This document shows positions 36,363 to 45,656 of a DNA stretch of 64,000 bases, one piece after another; positions within the stretch are counted from its first letter, which is position 1; each line of letters starts with the position of its first letter. Both the position numbers and the translations under genes were made by a program. This stretch comes from an uncultured Clostridia bacterium. Lineage in GTDB: Bacteria > Bacillota > Clostridia > Oscillospirales > Oscillospiraceae. The stretch spans positions 5,693 through 69,692 of the forward strand of contig CAMCKD010000003.1 of assembly GCA_945875335.1 (NCBI GenBank), in the 5' to 3' direction. The notes beneath the pieces are model-generated. The model worked only from the letters and a program-made list of their open reading frames with translations, ran no database searches and was not told the origin of the DNA.

Positions 36363-38312
36363 ATGAGTTTATTCAAGAAAAAGAGCCCGGATTCCGCGCC
36401 CGTCCAGGCCGATTTGGAATCCGTGATGAAGAAATACGACAAAGAGTCCAACACCCGGGTCTGGGAGGGAACGCCCAAAATCGTGGTCACCTGCATTCTG
36501 GCAGCCTTTTCCCTGTTCTGCCTGTATGTTACCCTCTTTGCCAGCTGGCTGGAGGAGATCCGCCTGACTTCCTTTGTGGCCTGTATCGTATTCCTTGGCT
36601 ATCTGATTTTCCCCGCCAAGAAGGGCCAGCAGCGGGTCAATTACATCCCCTGGTATGACATCATTCTGATGCTGGTGGGCACCGGGTCATTCCTGTATTT
36701 CACCTTCAACGCCATTAGCATCATCCACCAGGGCGCCCTGTTCCAGACCTATCAGATCGTGATTGGCGTGATTGGCATTCTTTCCCTGGCAGAGGTGTGC
36801 CGCAGAAGCGTGGGTCTGCCCATTCTTTTGGTTGCAGCGGCATTTCTGATCTACGCCCTGACGGTGGGACTGTCCAACCCCAATTTCTTCCGCCGGGTCA
36901 GCTACGCCGTGCGGCAGCTGTTCTACAGCAAGGAGGGTATTTTCTCCACCCCCGTCAACGTCTGCTCCAAATTCATTGTGGTGTTCATCATCTTCGGTGC
37001 CTTTTTGGAGCGCACCGGCATCGCGGAATACTTCATTCAGATTGCCAACACCGTGGTGGGCGGCTTTTCCGGCGGCCCGGCCAAGGTGGCGGTGGTGGCA
37101 AGCGCTTTGATGGGCATTGTGTCCGGCTCCTCCGTGGCCAACACCGTGGGCTCCGGCTCCGTGACCATTCCCCTGATGAAGAAAACCGGCTACAAGTCCG
37201 AATTTGCCGCCGCGACGGAAGCCGCCGCCTCCACGGGCGGACAGATCATGCCCCCCATCATGGGTGCCGCCGCCTTCCTGATGGCAGAATATGTCCAGGA
37301 GCCCTATAGCCGCATCGTGCTGCGGGCCATCCTTCCTGCGGTGCTGTACTTCACCGGCATTTTCATCTCCGTCCATCTGGAAGCCAAAAAGCTGGGACTG
37401 AAGGGTCTGAAAAAGGAAGACCTGCCCAAGGTCCTGCCCCTGCTGAAAAAGAGCTACCTGCTCTTCCCCCTGTTCCTGCTGATTTATCTGGTGGTCACCA
37501 GCTCCCGCTCCATCCAGTATGCCGCCGCCATTTCCATCGTGGCCTGCCTGGTGGTGTCCCTGTTCAATAAGGACAGCCGCATCACCCCCAAGCGTCTGCT
37601 GGAGGCGCTGGCTGCCGGCGGTCAGGGCACCATCACTGTGGCTGCCGCCTGCGGCATTGCGGGCATCATCGCGGGCACCATCACCATGACGGGTCTTGCC
37701 AGCAACATCATCAGCGGCGTTGTGGCCCTGGCCGGCGGCTCCGTGTTCCTGGCTCTGCTGCTGACCATGGTGTGCTGCATCGTGCTGGGCATGGGCGTTC
37801 CCACCACCGCTACCTACTGCATCATGGCCGCCACCTGTGCCCCCATTCTGGTGCAGATGGGCGTTCCCACCGTGGCTGCCCACTTCTTTGTGTTCTACTT
37901 CGGCATTGTGGCAGACCTGACCCCGCCGGTGGCCCTGGCAGCCTATGCCGGCGCGGCCATCGCCAAGGCAAGCCCCATGAAAACCGCCATCACCGCCACC
38001 AAGCTGGCCATCGGCGCTTTCATCGTCCCCTATGCCTTTGCCATGAGCCCCGCCATGCTGCTGATTGACACCAATGTGATGGAGGTCATTCTCATCTGCG
38101 TCACTTCCTTCATCGGCATCTGCTGCATCTCCGCCGCTCTGGAAGGCTATTTGATGACGGATATGCCCTGGTATCAGCGCGGACTCAGTCTGGTGGGCGG
38201 CCTGATGCTGATTTTCCCCGGTGTCGTCACCGACATCGGCGGCATCACCCTGGCAGTGCTGGTCATTGCCCTCCAGTTCTACACCCGCCGTCAATCCCCC
38301 GCCATTGCCTAA
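36363..38312 (+). CDS. TRAP transporter fused (4TM/12TM) permease
   Basis: About 650 aa polytopic protein directly downstream of the TAXI binding protein; AAGGAGGA RBS. Confidence 0.85.
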   Translation: MSLFKKKSPDSAPVQADLESVMKKYDKESNTRVWEGTPKIVVTCILAAFSLFCLYVTLFASWLEEIRLTSFVACIVFLGYLIFPAKKGQQRVNYIPWYDIILMLVGTGSFLYFTFNAISIIHQGALFQTYQIVIGVIGILSLAEVCRRSVGLPILLVAAAFLIYALTVGLSNPNFFRRVSYAVRQLFYSKEGIFSTPVNVCSKFIVVFIIFGAFLERTGIAEYFIQIANTVVGGFSGGPAKVAVVASALMGIVSGSSVANTVGSGSVTIPLMKKTGYKSEFAAATEAAASTGGQIMPPIMGAAAFLMAEYVQEPYSRIVLRAILPAVLYFTGIFISVHLEAKKLGLKGLKKEDLPKVLPLLKKSYLLFPLFLLIYLVVTSSRSIQYAAAISIVACLVVSLFNKDSRITPKRLLEALAAGGQGTITVAAACGIAGIIAGTITMTGLASNIISGVVALAGGSVFLALLLTMVCCIVLGMGVPTTATYCIMAATCAPILVQMGVPTVAAHFFVFYFGIVADLTPPVALAAYAGAAIAKASPMKTAITATKLAIGAFIVPYAFAMSPAMLLIDTNVMEVILICVTSFIGICCISAALEGYLMTDMPWYQRGLSLVGGLMLIFPGVVTDIGGITLAVLVIALQFYTRRQSPAIA

Positions 38313-38318
38313 AAAACT

Positions 38319-38367
38319 CCCCCCCCATTTGCTCACTGGTTGAACAAATGGGGGGATTCGTTTTTTG
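38319..38367 (+). terminator. rho-independent terminator
   Basis: CCCCCATTTG / CAAATGGGGG stem followed by ATTCGTTTTTT. Confidence 0.7.
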
Positions 38368-38497
38368 AAGATATAAGATATTAGATATGAGATATAAGAT
38401 AAACGATAAACACTAAAAAGTTACAGATTTTTCAGCAGAACGGTTCGTTTATGGAATATCTCATATCTTATATCTTGTATCTTATATCTTATATGAC
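38367..38497. repeat. inverted arrays of AT-rich heptamers (ATATNAG x4-6 facing CTNATAT x5) around a ~40-nt spacer
   Basis: Left arm AGATATAAGATATTAGATATGAGATATAAGATAAACGA; right arm TCGTTTATGGAATATCTCATATCTTATATCTTGTATCTTATATCTTATAT. Confidence 0.7.
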
Positions 38498-38742
38498 CGT
38501 CAAGGTTACCGCATCGGTGATCACGGTTTTTCCGTTGCCATCGGTGATGACGCAGCGGAACTGACAGCCGTTATCCGCCTGGGTGATGCCCGGCAGGGTC
38601 AGTGTGGGAGAATTGAGCCCCCAGGCCGCCCAGTCGCTCTGGGGGCTTTTCGCTGCCACTGGTAGGACAGTCCCATGCCCAGAGCGCTGACTGTGAAGGA
38701 GACCGTCTCCCCTGCCCGAGCCGCAGCGGGCTGGGGTTGGGT
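38489..38742 (-). pseudogene. Ig-like domain remnant downstream of, and in frame with, the LRR protein stop; also frameshifted at a C5 tract
   Basis: Own translation after the TAG: TQPQPAAARAGETVSFTVSALGMGLSYQWQRKAP, then in the -1 frame QSDWAAWGLNSPTLTLPGITQADNGCQFRCVITDGNGKTVITDAVTLTVI*. Confidence 0.55.
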
Positions 38743-41727
38743 CTAAGTGGTGACCAGCCGAACCTCAAAGCTGATGTGGCCGTACTCGGTAACCTTCCAG
38801 GTGTACCGGCCGGTGGTCTCAGTTTCCGTGTAATCATAAGAGGTACGATCCAGCTTGGGCACCTGAACGGTATCAACACTGCCGCAGGAGCTGCAGGTGC
38901 CAACCATCTCGCCGCCCTGGGAGAAACTCGGAGCCTTGGTCAGCTTCCAGGAATAGCTATGGTTTTCTGCCCAAACCGGGGTGCCGCCATAGGCGTTCCC
39001 GGCTACGTTATTCCAGCTCCCATCGGTATCGTGATAGCGCAGGGTCGCGGTGACGCCCCGCAGGGCAAAGTCCTCGAAGGAGGGCGCACTGCTGAGGAAA
39101 TAAATATCCTTCAACTGATCCAGGCCATAGAACACATTGTGGCCCACTGCGGTGATGCCTCTTTCCACAACCGCCGTGGCAGCCGATGTACCGTTCCAGG
39201 GGGTAGTAGCGGGATTGTAGGCTGGAATCCCTCCATTTCCGAAGAACACCAGACTTCCTCTGGTATCCAGATACCAGAACACCTGGCCTGTGCAGGCACC
39301 CGCTGCCTGATAGCTGCGCCACACGGAATTGCCAACGGTCTTATCCATGCTGCCATATTGACTGCTGCTGACCAGAACCAAAGCAGAGGTGTTGCCGAAA
39401 GCACTGTCCGCAATGGTCACTGCGTTGCTCAGCGCCAGGAATTTGGACAGGTTGACACAGTAGCGGAACGCATTGCCCCCCAGGCTGGATGCAGCGCCGC
39501 TGAGAATGGCATGCCGCAATCCATAACAGTAGGCAAAGGCGTAGTCCCCGATCTGGCAGCCGGGCAATTTCAGGTTGGTGATGCCGGAGCAGTTATAGAA
39601 GGCTCCCTCCCCCAGGCTCAGGCCGCCGGTACAGCCGGACAGATCCAAATCCCCCAGGCTGCCGCACAGCGCGAAGGCATAGCTTCCGATGCTGGTCACG
39701 CCGGAGGGAATGTTCACACTGCGCAGCGCGTGGCAGCCCCGGAAGGCATGGGCACCGATGGATTGTACACCGGCGGGAAGCTCCACCGTTTCCAGTGCCG
39801 ATGCCTCGTAAAACACTGCGTTTCCAACGGCGGTCAGACCGTTGGGAAGAACAATTCCCGTCAGGCTGGAGCATTTGCTGAAGGCCCAGTCGCCGATGGA
39901 CACCAAGCTGCCGGGAAGCTCCAGCGCTTGCAAAGCGGTACAATGCCGGAAGGCGGCATAGCCGATGGTCTTGACACCGGGCATCGCAATATCCGTCAGG
40001 GAGGAACAGCCCCGGAAAGCCCAGTTGCCGATGGAGCTGACCGTGGCAGGCAGCACCACGCTGGTCATATTGGCAAGGCCGCCGAAATTACTGCTGCCCA
40101 CCGAGGTAATGCCATCGGATAGGATCACCTTCTGAATCCGATCCCGGATTTGCAGCCAGGGCTCCTGAACCTCATTGGAGTAATCCGGCATGGGGCCGGT
40201 GCCGATCACCAGCAGGTAGCCGTCCTCATAAGCATACCAGTGGATGGTATCGGTGCACTCTCCCTCTCCGATGCGGAGGGATTCCCTGTCCATCGTGCAG
40301 GAAACGGGTTCGGACAGATAGCCATTGCCTCCCTGGCTGTCATAGGAACGTACACAATAATAATAGGTTTCCAGCATCTCGGCGCTGGTATCCGTCCAGG
40401 AGACGGTACCCACGGGAGCAGTGTAGATGGGAGTCGTCCAGGGGCCCTCGGGGGATGCAGAGCGATAGACCCAGTAACCGGCAGCGTCTGTATTGTTCCA
40501 GCTCAGATTGACGCCATCATCCCCGGGACGAGCGGTGACGGTGATCTCCCGCTGGGACAGGGGCGGTCTGGAGGTTGCCAAGCTCAGCTTGGGAGAGGTG
40601 ACCACCCAGTAGGAGGTGAAGGACGCTATGGTAGCCTCCTGGCTACCGCTAAAGAGAATGGACTCACTCAGCGGCATTCTCCAATTGGCAAAGCCCGGGT
40701 CAGCGCAGTAGAAAATGCCGGTGGTCTCGTCGTAATCGGTAATCAGCACGGCGTGGGGCCGGTTGGCATTGTAGGCCACAAAGCCCTCGGGGTGCTGCAG
40801 CAGGAGGGCGCGGAAGGTCTCCACCGTGCAGGACTGGAAGGCCCCCCGGCCCACGGTGATTCCCGCATAGGAATAGCTCCAGCACATGCCGGTTCCCTCG
40901 ATCCAGGCAGTTCCCCGCAAGGTGCTTTCCGTGATGCTGCTCCAATCGGCGTAGCCGTTGAGCCGGGCTGCCCGGCGCACCAGCATGGCATTGGCGGCCA
41001 GGGTACAGGTGCCGCGAACCTCCTGCTTAAAGAACATATCGGAGCCGTTGAGCTCGTCCAGGGTGACGGGCCCGGTGCTGAGAGCCATGGTCGCGGGAAT
41101 CAAATCGGCCTCCATGTCCTCCGGGAACAGCCAGTTTATCAAAATGGTGCACAGCTCCTCCCGCAGCAGCTCGTCCTCCACCTGCTCCGCCCGTTCCAAC
41201 AGACTGGTCTCCGCGTCCATATCTCCCTCATAGGGCAGATACTGCTCTGTGCGGACAAAGGCGGCAAAGGTTTCGTCGTCCATGCTGTCCCAAGGATAGG
41301 TGGATACAGGCTCCGTTTCCTCGTCGGTGGGTTCTGTTGCTTCGGTGGGATCCGTGGTTTCGGTGGATTCCGCCGTTTCGGTGGAATCCGTGGTGTCGGT
41401 GGGTTCCGTCGTTTCGACATCATCCGCCGCATCGCTGGCTGCTGTTGTGTCGGTGGGGGTTGTGTCGTCGGTGTTTTCCTCAGTCGCCTGGGTTTCGGCT
41501 GTGGTCTCAGAGGGCAGCGTCTGCTGGAGCTGATCAGTCTGAGCCGTTTCCTGGGCAGCCGTTGTCTCAGTATTGTCCTGCCCGAAATCCGCCGAAGCCT
41601 CTTCCGATAGGAGAAGGCCCTCCGCCGACTCCATTCCCTCCGCGAATCCCGGAACGCAGGAAAAACTCCCCGCAATGATATTGATACTAAGGAAAAGGGC
41701 AAGCAGCCTCTTTTTTCTGAAATTCAT
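38743..41727 (-). CDS. secreted surface protein: signal peptide, T/E-rich linker, papain-like cysteine peptidase-like domain, Fn3-like region, BspA-type leucine-rich repeats
   Basis: MNFRKKRLLALFLSINIIAGS.. signal; GTCTLAANAM / PHAVLITDYD Cys/His pattern; repeated ..IGxxAFxxCxxLxxIxLP.. LRR_5 units; start could be 41736. Confidence 0.8.
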   Translation of the reverse strand: MNFRKKRLLALFLSINIIAGSFSCVPGFAEGMESAEGLLLSEEASADFGQDNTETTAAQETAQTDQLQQTLPSETTAETQATEENTDDTTPTDTTAASDAADDVETTEPTDTTDSTETAESTETTDPTEATEPTDEETEPVSTYPWDSMDDETFAAFVRTEQYLPYEGDMDAETSLLERAEQVEDELLREELCTILINWLFPEDMEADLIPATMALSTGPVTLDELNGSDMFFKQEVRGTCTLAANAMLVRRAARLNGYADWSSITESTLRGTAWIEGTGMCWSYSYAGITVGRGAFQSCTVETFRALLLQHPEGFVAYNANRPHAVLITDYDETTGIFYCADPGFANWRMPLSESILFSGSQEATIASFTSYWVVTSPKLSLATSRPPLSQREITVTARPGDDGVNLSWNNTDAAGYWVYRSASPEGPWTTPIYTAPVGTVSWTDTSAEMLETYYYCVRSYDSQGGNGYLSEPVSCTMDRESLRIGEGECTDTIHWYAYEDGYLLVIGTGPMPDYSNEVQEPWLQIRDRIQKVILSDGITSVGSSNFGGLANMTSVVLPATVSSIGNWAFRGCSSLTDIAMPGVKTIGYAAFRHCTALQALELPGSLVSIGDWAFSKCSSLTGIVLPNGLTAVGNAVFYEASALETVELPAGVQSIGAHAFRGCHALRSVNIPSGVTSIGSYAFALCGSLGDLDLSGCTGGLSLGEGAFYNCSGITNLKLPGCQIGDYAFAYCYGLRHAILSGAASSLGGNAFRYCVNLSKFLALSNAVTIADSAFGNTSALVLVSSSQYGSMDKTVGNSVWRSYQAAGACTGQVFWYLDTRGSLVFFGNGGIPAYNPATTPWNGTSAATAVVERGITAVGHNVFYGLDQLKDIYFLSSAPSFEDFALRGVTATLRYHDTDGSWNNVAGNAYGGTPVWAENHSYSWKLTKAPSFSQGGEMVGTCSSCGSVDTVQVPKLDRTSYDYTETETTGRYTWKVTEYGHISFEVRLVTT

Positions 41728-41903
41728 AAAAACCATCCTTTCCTGCTTTCGCCGCAATCCACCGGCAGTCGATGATTATTTATACATTATAGAAAATTCA
41801 GACGAATATTGTCAACCCTCTTTTTCAATAATTTGTGATATTTCCACGATTTTCCAAAAAAATAACGACCGAAGGAGCGGAATCCCTCAGTCGTTATTGG
41901 GTA

Positions 41904-43076
41904 TTATCGGCGGTAATCCCGGTATGGCTGGATGTACCGTTCGTGACTCATGGATTGTGGTCGTGCATAGGCGCCGGATACCAGGCCCAGCATGGCGAAA
42001 ATGGTAACCACAGAGGAACCGCCGTAGCTGATCAGCGGCAGGGTCAGACCGATAACGGGCATAACACCGATGCACATGCCGGTGTTGATCAGCACCTGGA
42101 ACATCATGGCAGAGGCAGCGCCGAAGCAGATGAGCCGACGCATATAGTCCGGGCACCGGGCGCCCACCTGGATGCACCGGGCAATAATGGCAATTTCCAG
42201 CAGCATCACCGCCACACAGCCAAAGAAGCCCAGCTCTTCACCAATGGAGGAGAAGATGTAGTCCGTGTGCTGGGCGAAGAGGTTGCCGCCCTGGGTACGG
42301 GTGCCGTTGAAGAGCCCCTGCCCCGTCAGGCCGCCGCCGGTGAGGGATTGAAGGTTGATTTTGCTGTGGTAGCGGGCGCCGATGCCGATCTTATCGAATT
42401 CCGGGTCAATCAGAACCATGATACGCTGCCGCTGGTATTCGCCCAAATAGGGCCACACCAGAGGAACCGCCGCCGCAATGCCTCCAATGGCCAGGGCAAA
42501 CCACCATAGGCTCACGCCTCCGGCAAAAGCCATGCCGATGAAGATAAACACGAAGATCAGTGACACGCCTGCGTCACCGGACAGCACCATGTTCAGTCCC
42601 ACCAGAATGGCCAGATGGAACACCATGTGCATGACGGAGGTGAAACTGGATATGTTATTTTGGTGGGACGACATGACCGACGCCATGATGATGATGTACG
42701 CGATTTTACAGATTTCCGCAGGCTGGATGCTGACGGGCACCAGCGGAATGGTCAGCCAACTCTTGTTGCCGGTGCTGTGGTCATCGCCAAAGGGAATCAG
42801 CAACAGCAGCATGATGATATTAAAGGCCACCAGAACCCCACGATGCTCCGACATAAAGTCCACATCGATGGAGGACACGATGGCGAACATCATGATTCCA
42901 AGCATGATGGCAACCATCTGAATGAGAATGTATTTTGTGTTGCTGCCAAATTTTGCAGCATTTGTTGCGCTGGCCACACAGATGCAGCCAAAACCTGCGG
43001 TGACCAGGCAGAGAATCAGCAGAACCCAGTCGCCCTTCTTGGTAAAATCCTTTAATTCTTCAATAAATCGACGCAA
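41904..43076 (-). CDS. FtsW/RodA/SpoVE (SEDS) family peptidoglycan glycosyltransferase
   Basis: 390 aa, about 10 TM, ..QPAEICKIAYII.. and LPLISYGGSS motifs; TTG start behind GGGAGG. Confidence 0.85.
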   Translation of the reverse strand: MRRFIEELKDFTKKGDWVLLILCLVTAGFGCICVASATNAAKFGSNTKYILIQMVAIMLGIMMFAIVSSIDVDFMSEHRGVLVAFNIIMLLLLIPFGDDHSTGNKSWLTIPLVPVSIQPAEICKIAYIIIMASVMSSHQNNISSFTSVMHMVFHLAILVGLNMVLSGDAGVSLIFVFIFIGMAFAGGVSLWWFALAIGGIAAAVPLVWPYLGEYQRQRIMVLIDPEFDKIGIGARYHSKINLQSLTGGGLTGQGLFNGTRTQGGNLFAQHTDYIFSSIGEELGFFGCVAVMLLEIAIIARCIQVGARCPDYMRRLICFGAASAMMFQVLINTGMCIGVMPVIGLTLPLISYGGSSVVTIFAMLGLVSGAYARPQSMSHERYIQPYRDYRR

Positions 43077-43211
43077 GCGGTTTCCTCCCTTCCGTGTTTG
43101 AAGGTAACGCTCTTTTCCGGGAAAGAGATGGAAAAAGGGGCGCTTTCATGCACGAACGAAGCAATTATATCATTTCTTCTCGCAGAAGTAAATAGACGAA
43201 ATATGAACGTT

Positions 43212-43244
43212 TCAGGCCGCCTCACTCTAAGGAAGGCGGCCTGA
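43212..43244 (-). terminator. hairpin downstream of the sortase gene
   Basis: TCAGGCCGCC / GGCGGCCTGA stem. Confidence 0.45.
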
Positions 43245-43254
43245 ATGAAACCAA

Positions 43255-44157
43255 TCAGGTAATGCGGACAGCGGCAACCACAAAACGGCCGTTGTCGATG
43301 GTGTATTCGCAGGTGGAAAGGCAGAGCAGCTTGTCGCCGTAGACCGGTGTGATGCCGGTGTCATAGAACGCCAACTGCTTGCAGGTGGCAACAAACTGGT
43401 TGAACGCCTCTTCATTTTCCGCATCCACCATCTGATGGTAAGCAAAGCCCACGTTGTCGGTGCCGGAGGTTTTGAACACGGCGAAAATCTTGTAGACATG
43501 GGACTCGGTGAGGGTATCAAAGAAGATCAGCGGATTCTCTTCCCAGGTGGCTTTGTCGTAATAGTTGCCCAGGTAGGCAAACATGGTGCCGTCCTTCATG
43601 TTGTGACCGAAAAGAGTAATGTTGTCGCTGGGCTCAAAGACATCGCACTTTTCCCAGGCGTAAATACTGCCGCGGACGGAATCCTTCTTGTCAAAATCCC
43701 GATAGAGATAATAGTTCGCATTATCTACAGAGGTCTGCAGCACGGGATAATTGATTTTGGTGTTCTCAATCTGAATCCAGCCCACCATATCCGGGTTCTC
43801 GTTGTGCAGCTCCAGATACCAGGGCAGAAAATCGCTGCCGCTCTCCAGCACAGGACGCTCGGGCACATTTTCCGGCTCCTCCACCACATCGGGAGTATAA
43901 TACTCGTCCGCGTGGCCGTTGACACCGGGGGTACCGTAGGGGTTGAACGATGTCTCCGTCGGGTCAGAGGCTTGGGTCGTTTCGGTACTCTGTGAGGTAC
44001 TCAGCTCCTGCCGCAGCTCATTGACCTTATTGGCCCGATCGTTATCCTCCAACTGATGCTTGGCGCTGTCCGTAAAATAAGCAGCCAGATAAATCCCGCT
44101 GGCCACAAAGGCAGCAACCAGGATCAGGACCAAAGCAACAAATAAACCTTTTTTCAT
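43255..44157 (-). CDS. srtB: class B sortase
   Basis: TM anchor; NPDMVGWIQIENTKINYPVLQ, TLFGHNM and LSTCEY catalytic Cys motif; GGAGG RBS before ATG 44157. Confidence 0.85.
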   Translation of the reverse strand: MKKGLFVALVLILVAAFVASGIYLAAYFTDSAKHQLEDNDRANKVNELRQELSTSQSTETTQASDPTETSFNPYGTPGVNGHADEYYTPDVVEEPENVPERPVLESGSDFLPWYLELHNENPDMVGWIQIENTKINYPVLQTSVDNANYYLYRDFDKKDSVRGSIYAWEKCDVFEPSDNITLFGHNMKDGTMFAYLGNYYDKATWEENPLIFFDTLTESHVYKIFAVFKTSGTDNVGFAYHQMVDAENEEAFNQFVATCKQLAFYDTGITPVYGDKLLCLSTCEYTIDNGRFVVAAVRIT

Positions 44158-44296
44158 GGCATTACCTCCATTTTTCTGTTTTACCTCCCATTGGGAAATC
44201 ATTATCCCCCATTATAGACCACCCCCAACAATCTGTCAAGCAATACATGCCAGGCAATTCTTTTGTTTTTCTTAAGGCAGCGTTCAAACTTTGCTC

Positions 44297-44325
44297 TTGC
44301 TTTTTTGATGGCGATGTGGTATAGT
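44297..44325 (+). promoter_or_regulatory. sigma-A-type promoter (TTGCTT-17-TATAGT)
   Basis: -35 at 44297..44302, -10 at 44320..44325; 12 nt upstream of the tRNA-like fragment. Confidence 0.55.
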
Positions 44326-44337
44326 GTCTGGGTAGAT

Positions 44338-44400
44338 GCCGGTGTGATGGAATGGTAGACGTAGTGGACTCAAAAACCTCTTCGCCATCTGTCGCCGGCG
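44338..44400 (+). pseudogene. internally deleted tRNA-Leu-like copy (acceptor strands, D arm and anticodon loop kept; variable and T arms missing)
   Basis: GCCGGTGTGATGGAATGGTAGACGTAGTGGACTCAAAAACC matches the first ~45 nt of the tRNA at 44524; 3' CGCCGGC can still pair with 5' GCCGGTG. Confidence 0.5.
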
Positions 44401-44523
44401 TTGGAAAAAGTCTTAGATAATCAAGCATTTTTCAGATTCTGTTTTTCATTTTTCTTTCACATCCCTCCTGCATATCCCTCCAAATTCCGGGGGATGCTTG
44501 TCTGGGTGTAAAGAAATATATCT

Positions 44524-44611
44524 GCCGGTGTGTTGGAATTGGTAGACGAGGCGGACTCAAAATCCGTTGGGCTAATAACTCGTGCGGGTTCGACCCCCGC
44601 CACCGGCACCA
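44524..44611 (+). tRNA. tRNA-Leu (anticodon CAA), type II with long variable arm, CCA encoded
   Basis: Acceptor GCCGGTG/CACCGGC, D loop AATTGGTAG, anticodon loop CTCAAAA, T arm GCGGGTTCGACCCCCGC, then ACCA. Confidence 0.75.
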
Positions 44612-44646
44612 TAATTGCTCCGAAGTGTCATGCTTCGGAGCATTTT

Positions 44647-44931
44647 TTACTGCGCAGAAGCAAAGACTTGAACATTTTTCGGAAACGCCGGAAGAATTGC
44701 ATTTGCGGATGAAACCTTGCTGGAGAAATCCAAATACGTGTAGATATTGGATGTGGTGCTGATGTCGCTGTGCCCCATCCATTCCTGAATCTCCTTCAGG
44801 CTCACACCATTGGCGTACAACAAGCTGGCACAGCTGTGTCGAAGATCATGAAAACGTATCTTTTTTAGCTTGTTCTTTGCCAGGAGAATCTCGAAATGCT
44901 GGGTGATGAAATTGGGCTTGCCTAAGGGGCG
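44647..44931 (-). pseudogene. tyrosine integrase C-terminal fragment, fused in frame to an unrelated gene
   Basis: ..NFITQHFEILLAKNKLKKIRFHDLRHSCASLLYANGVSLKEIQEWMGHSDISTTSNIYTYLD (HxLRH..GH..Y catalytic box); ends 36 nt from the tRNA-Leu 3' end. Confidence 0.7.
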
Positions 44932-45387
44932 ATACCCCACGAAAATCACATCATAAGCATCCAGGTTCTCAATGCGGGTGGTCAGCTCCGGCCGGGCTTT
45001 GGCGTTCTGCTCCTCCGCCGCGAAATCCTCGAGCTTGCTTCCATCGCCGGGATAGACCGTGGAGGTTCGGACGGAAAACAGGTCGCCGCCGGTATCGCGC
45101 TGGATTATCTCTGCCAAGGCTTGAACACGGCCCTTCGGAGCGCCGTTCACGGTAACAACGCTGGAAGAGGGCACCGCGTCCACGTCGCTGTTTTCTGCGG
45201 CGGTGAAGTAGGCAATCAAAAAGCGATGACTGGATTCCGAAGCAGCATTTCCCTGGGTTACTTCCGGTTCTGTTGTGCTTGCATCCTGGTTCTGTGGCAC
45301 GGTGGGCGCTTCGATTGCCTGTTTTGGAGAATTTCCGCAGGCCGCAAGGAATAACAGGAGCGCCGCAGTCAGCGCCAGGCAGAGCAT
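44932..45387 (-). pseudogene. flavodoxin-like lipoprotein, truncated at both ends (forms the N-terminal part of chimeric ORF 44647..45387)
   Basis: LLFLAACGNS lipobox without an n-region; FLIAYFTAAENS..YDVIFVGY flavodoxin-like pattern breaks off into integrase sequence. Confidence 0.5.
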
Positions 45388-45656
45388 TAGAAGTACACGG
45401 GGCTTGCCATAACGATCACGTCAGCAGCCTGCATCTTGTCCAGGATTTCCGTCATATCGTCGGAAATGGCACACTTGCCTCCGTTGTCCCGGCAGAAATA
45501 GCAGGCATTGCAGGGAGCGACCTTTTTATCCCGCAGGAAAATCTTTTCCGCCTGATTTCCGCTTTCTGCCGCGCCCCGCAGAAATTCGTCGCACAGCAAA
45601 TCCGAGTTTCCGCCTCTGCGGGGACTGCCGGAAAGAATCAATACCTTTTTGCTCAC
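45387..45656 (-). pseudogene. NAD(P)H-dependent FMN reductase / iron-sulfur flavoprotein, N-terminal 89-aa fragment
   Basis: MSKKVLILSGSPRRGGNSDLL..CNACYFC..ADVIVMASPVYF then stop (TAATG overlap with the next fragment); I recall family members as being roughly 180-200 aa. Confidence 0.6.

Noticed and set aside
38367-38497. Possible CRISPR array
   Set aside because: The repeat units are only 7 nt, are contiguous without spacers, and are arranged as an inverted pair. No cas genes are in the window.
36687-41610. ORFs 36687..38336 (-), 38737..40122 (+) and 40150..41610 (+)
   Set aside because: Antisense to the TRAP permease and the LRR protein. They are G/A/H/D-rich and low in complexity.
44162-44782. 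ORFs 44162..44428 (-) and 44432..44782 (-)
   Set aside because: They overlap the tRNA-Leu gene, its truncated copy and the promoter. No coding features are present.
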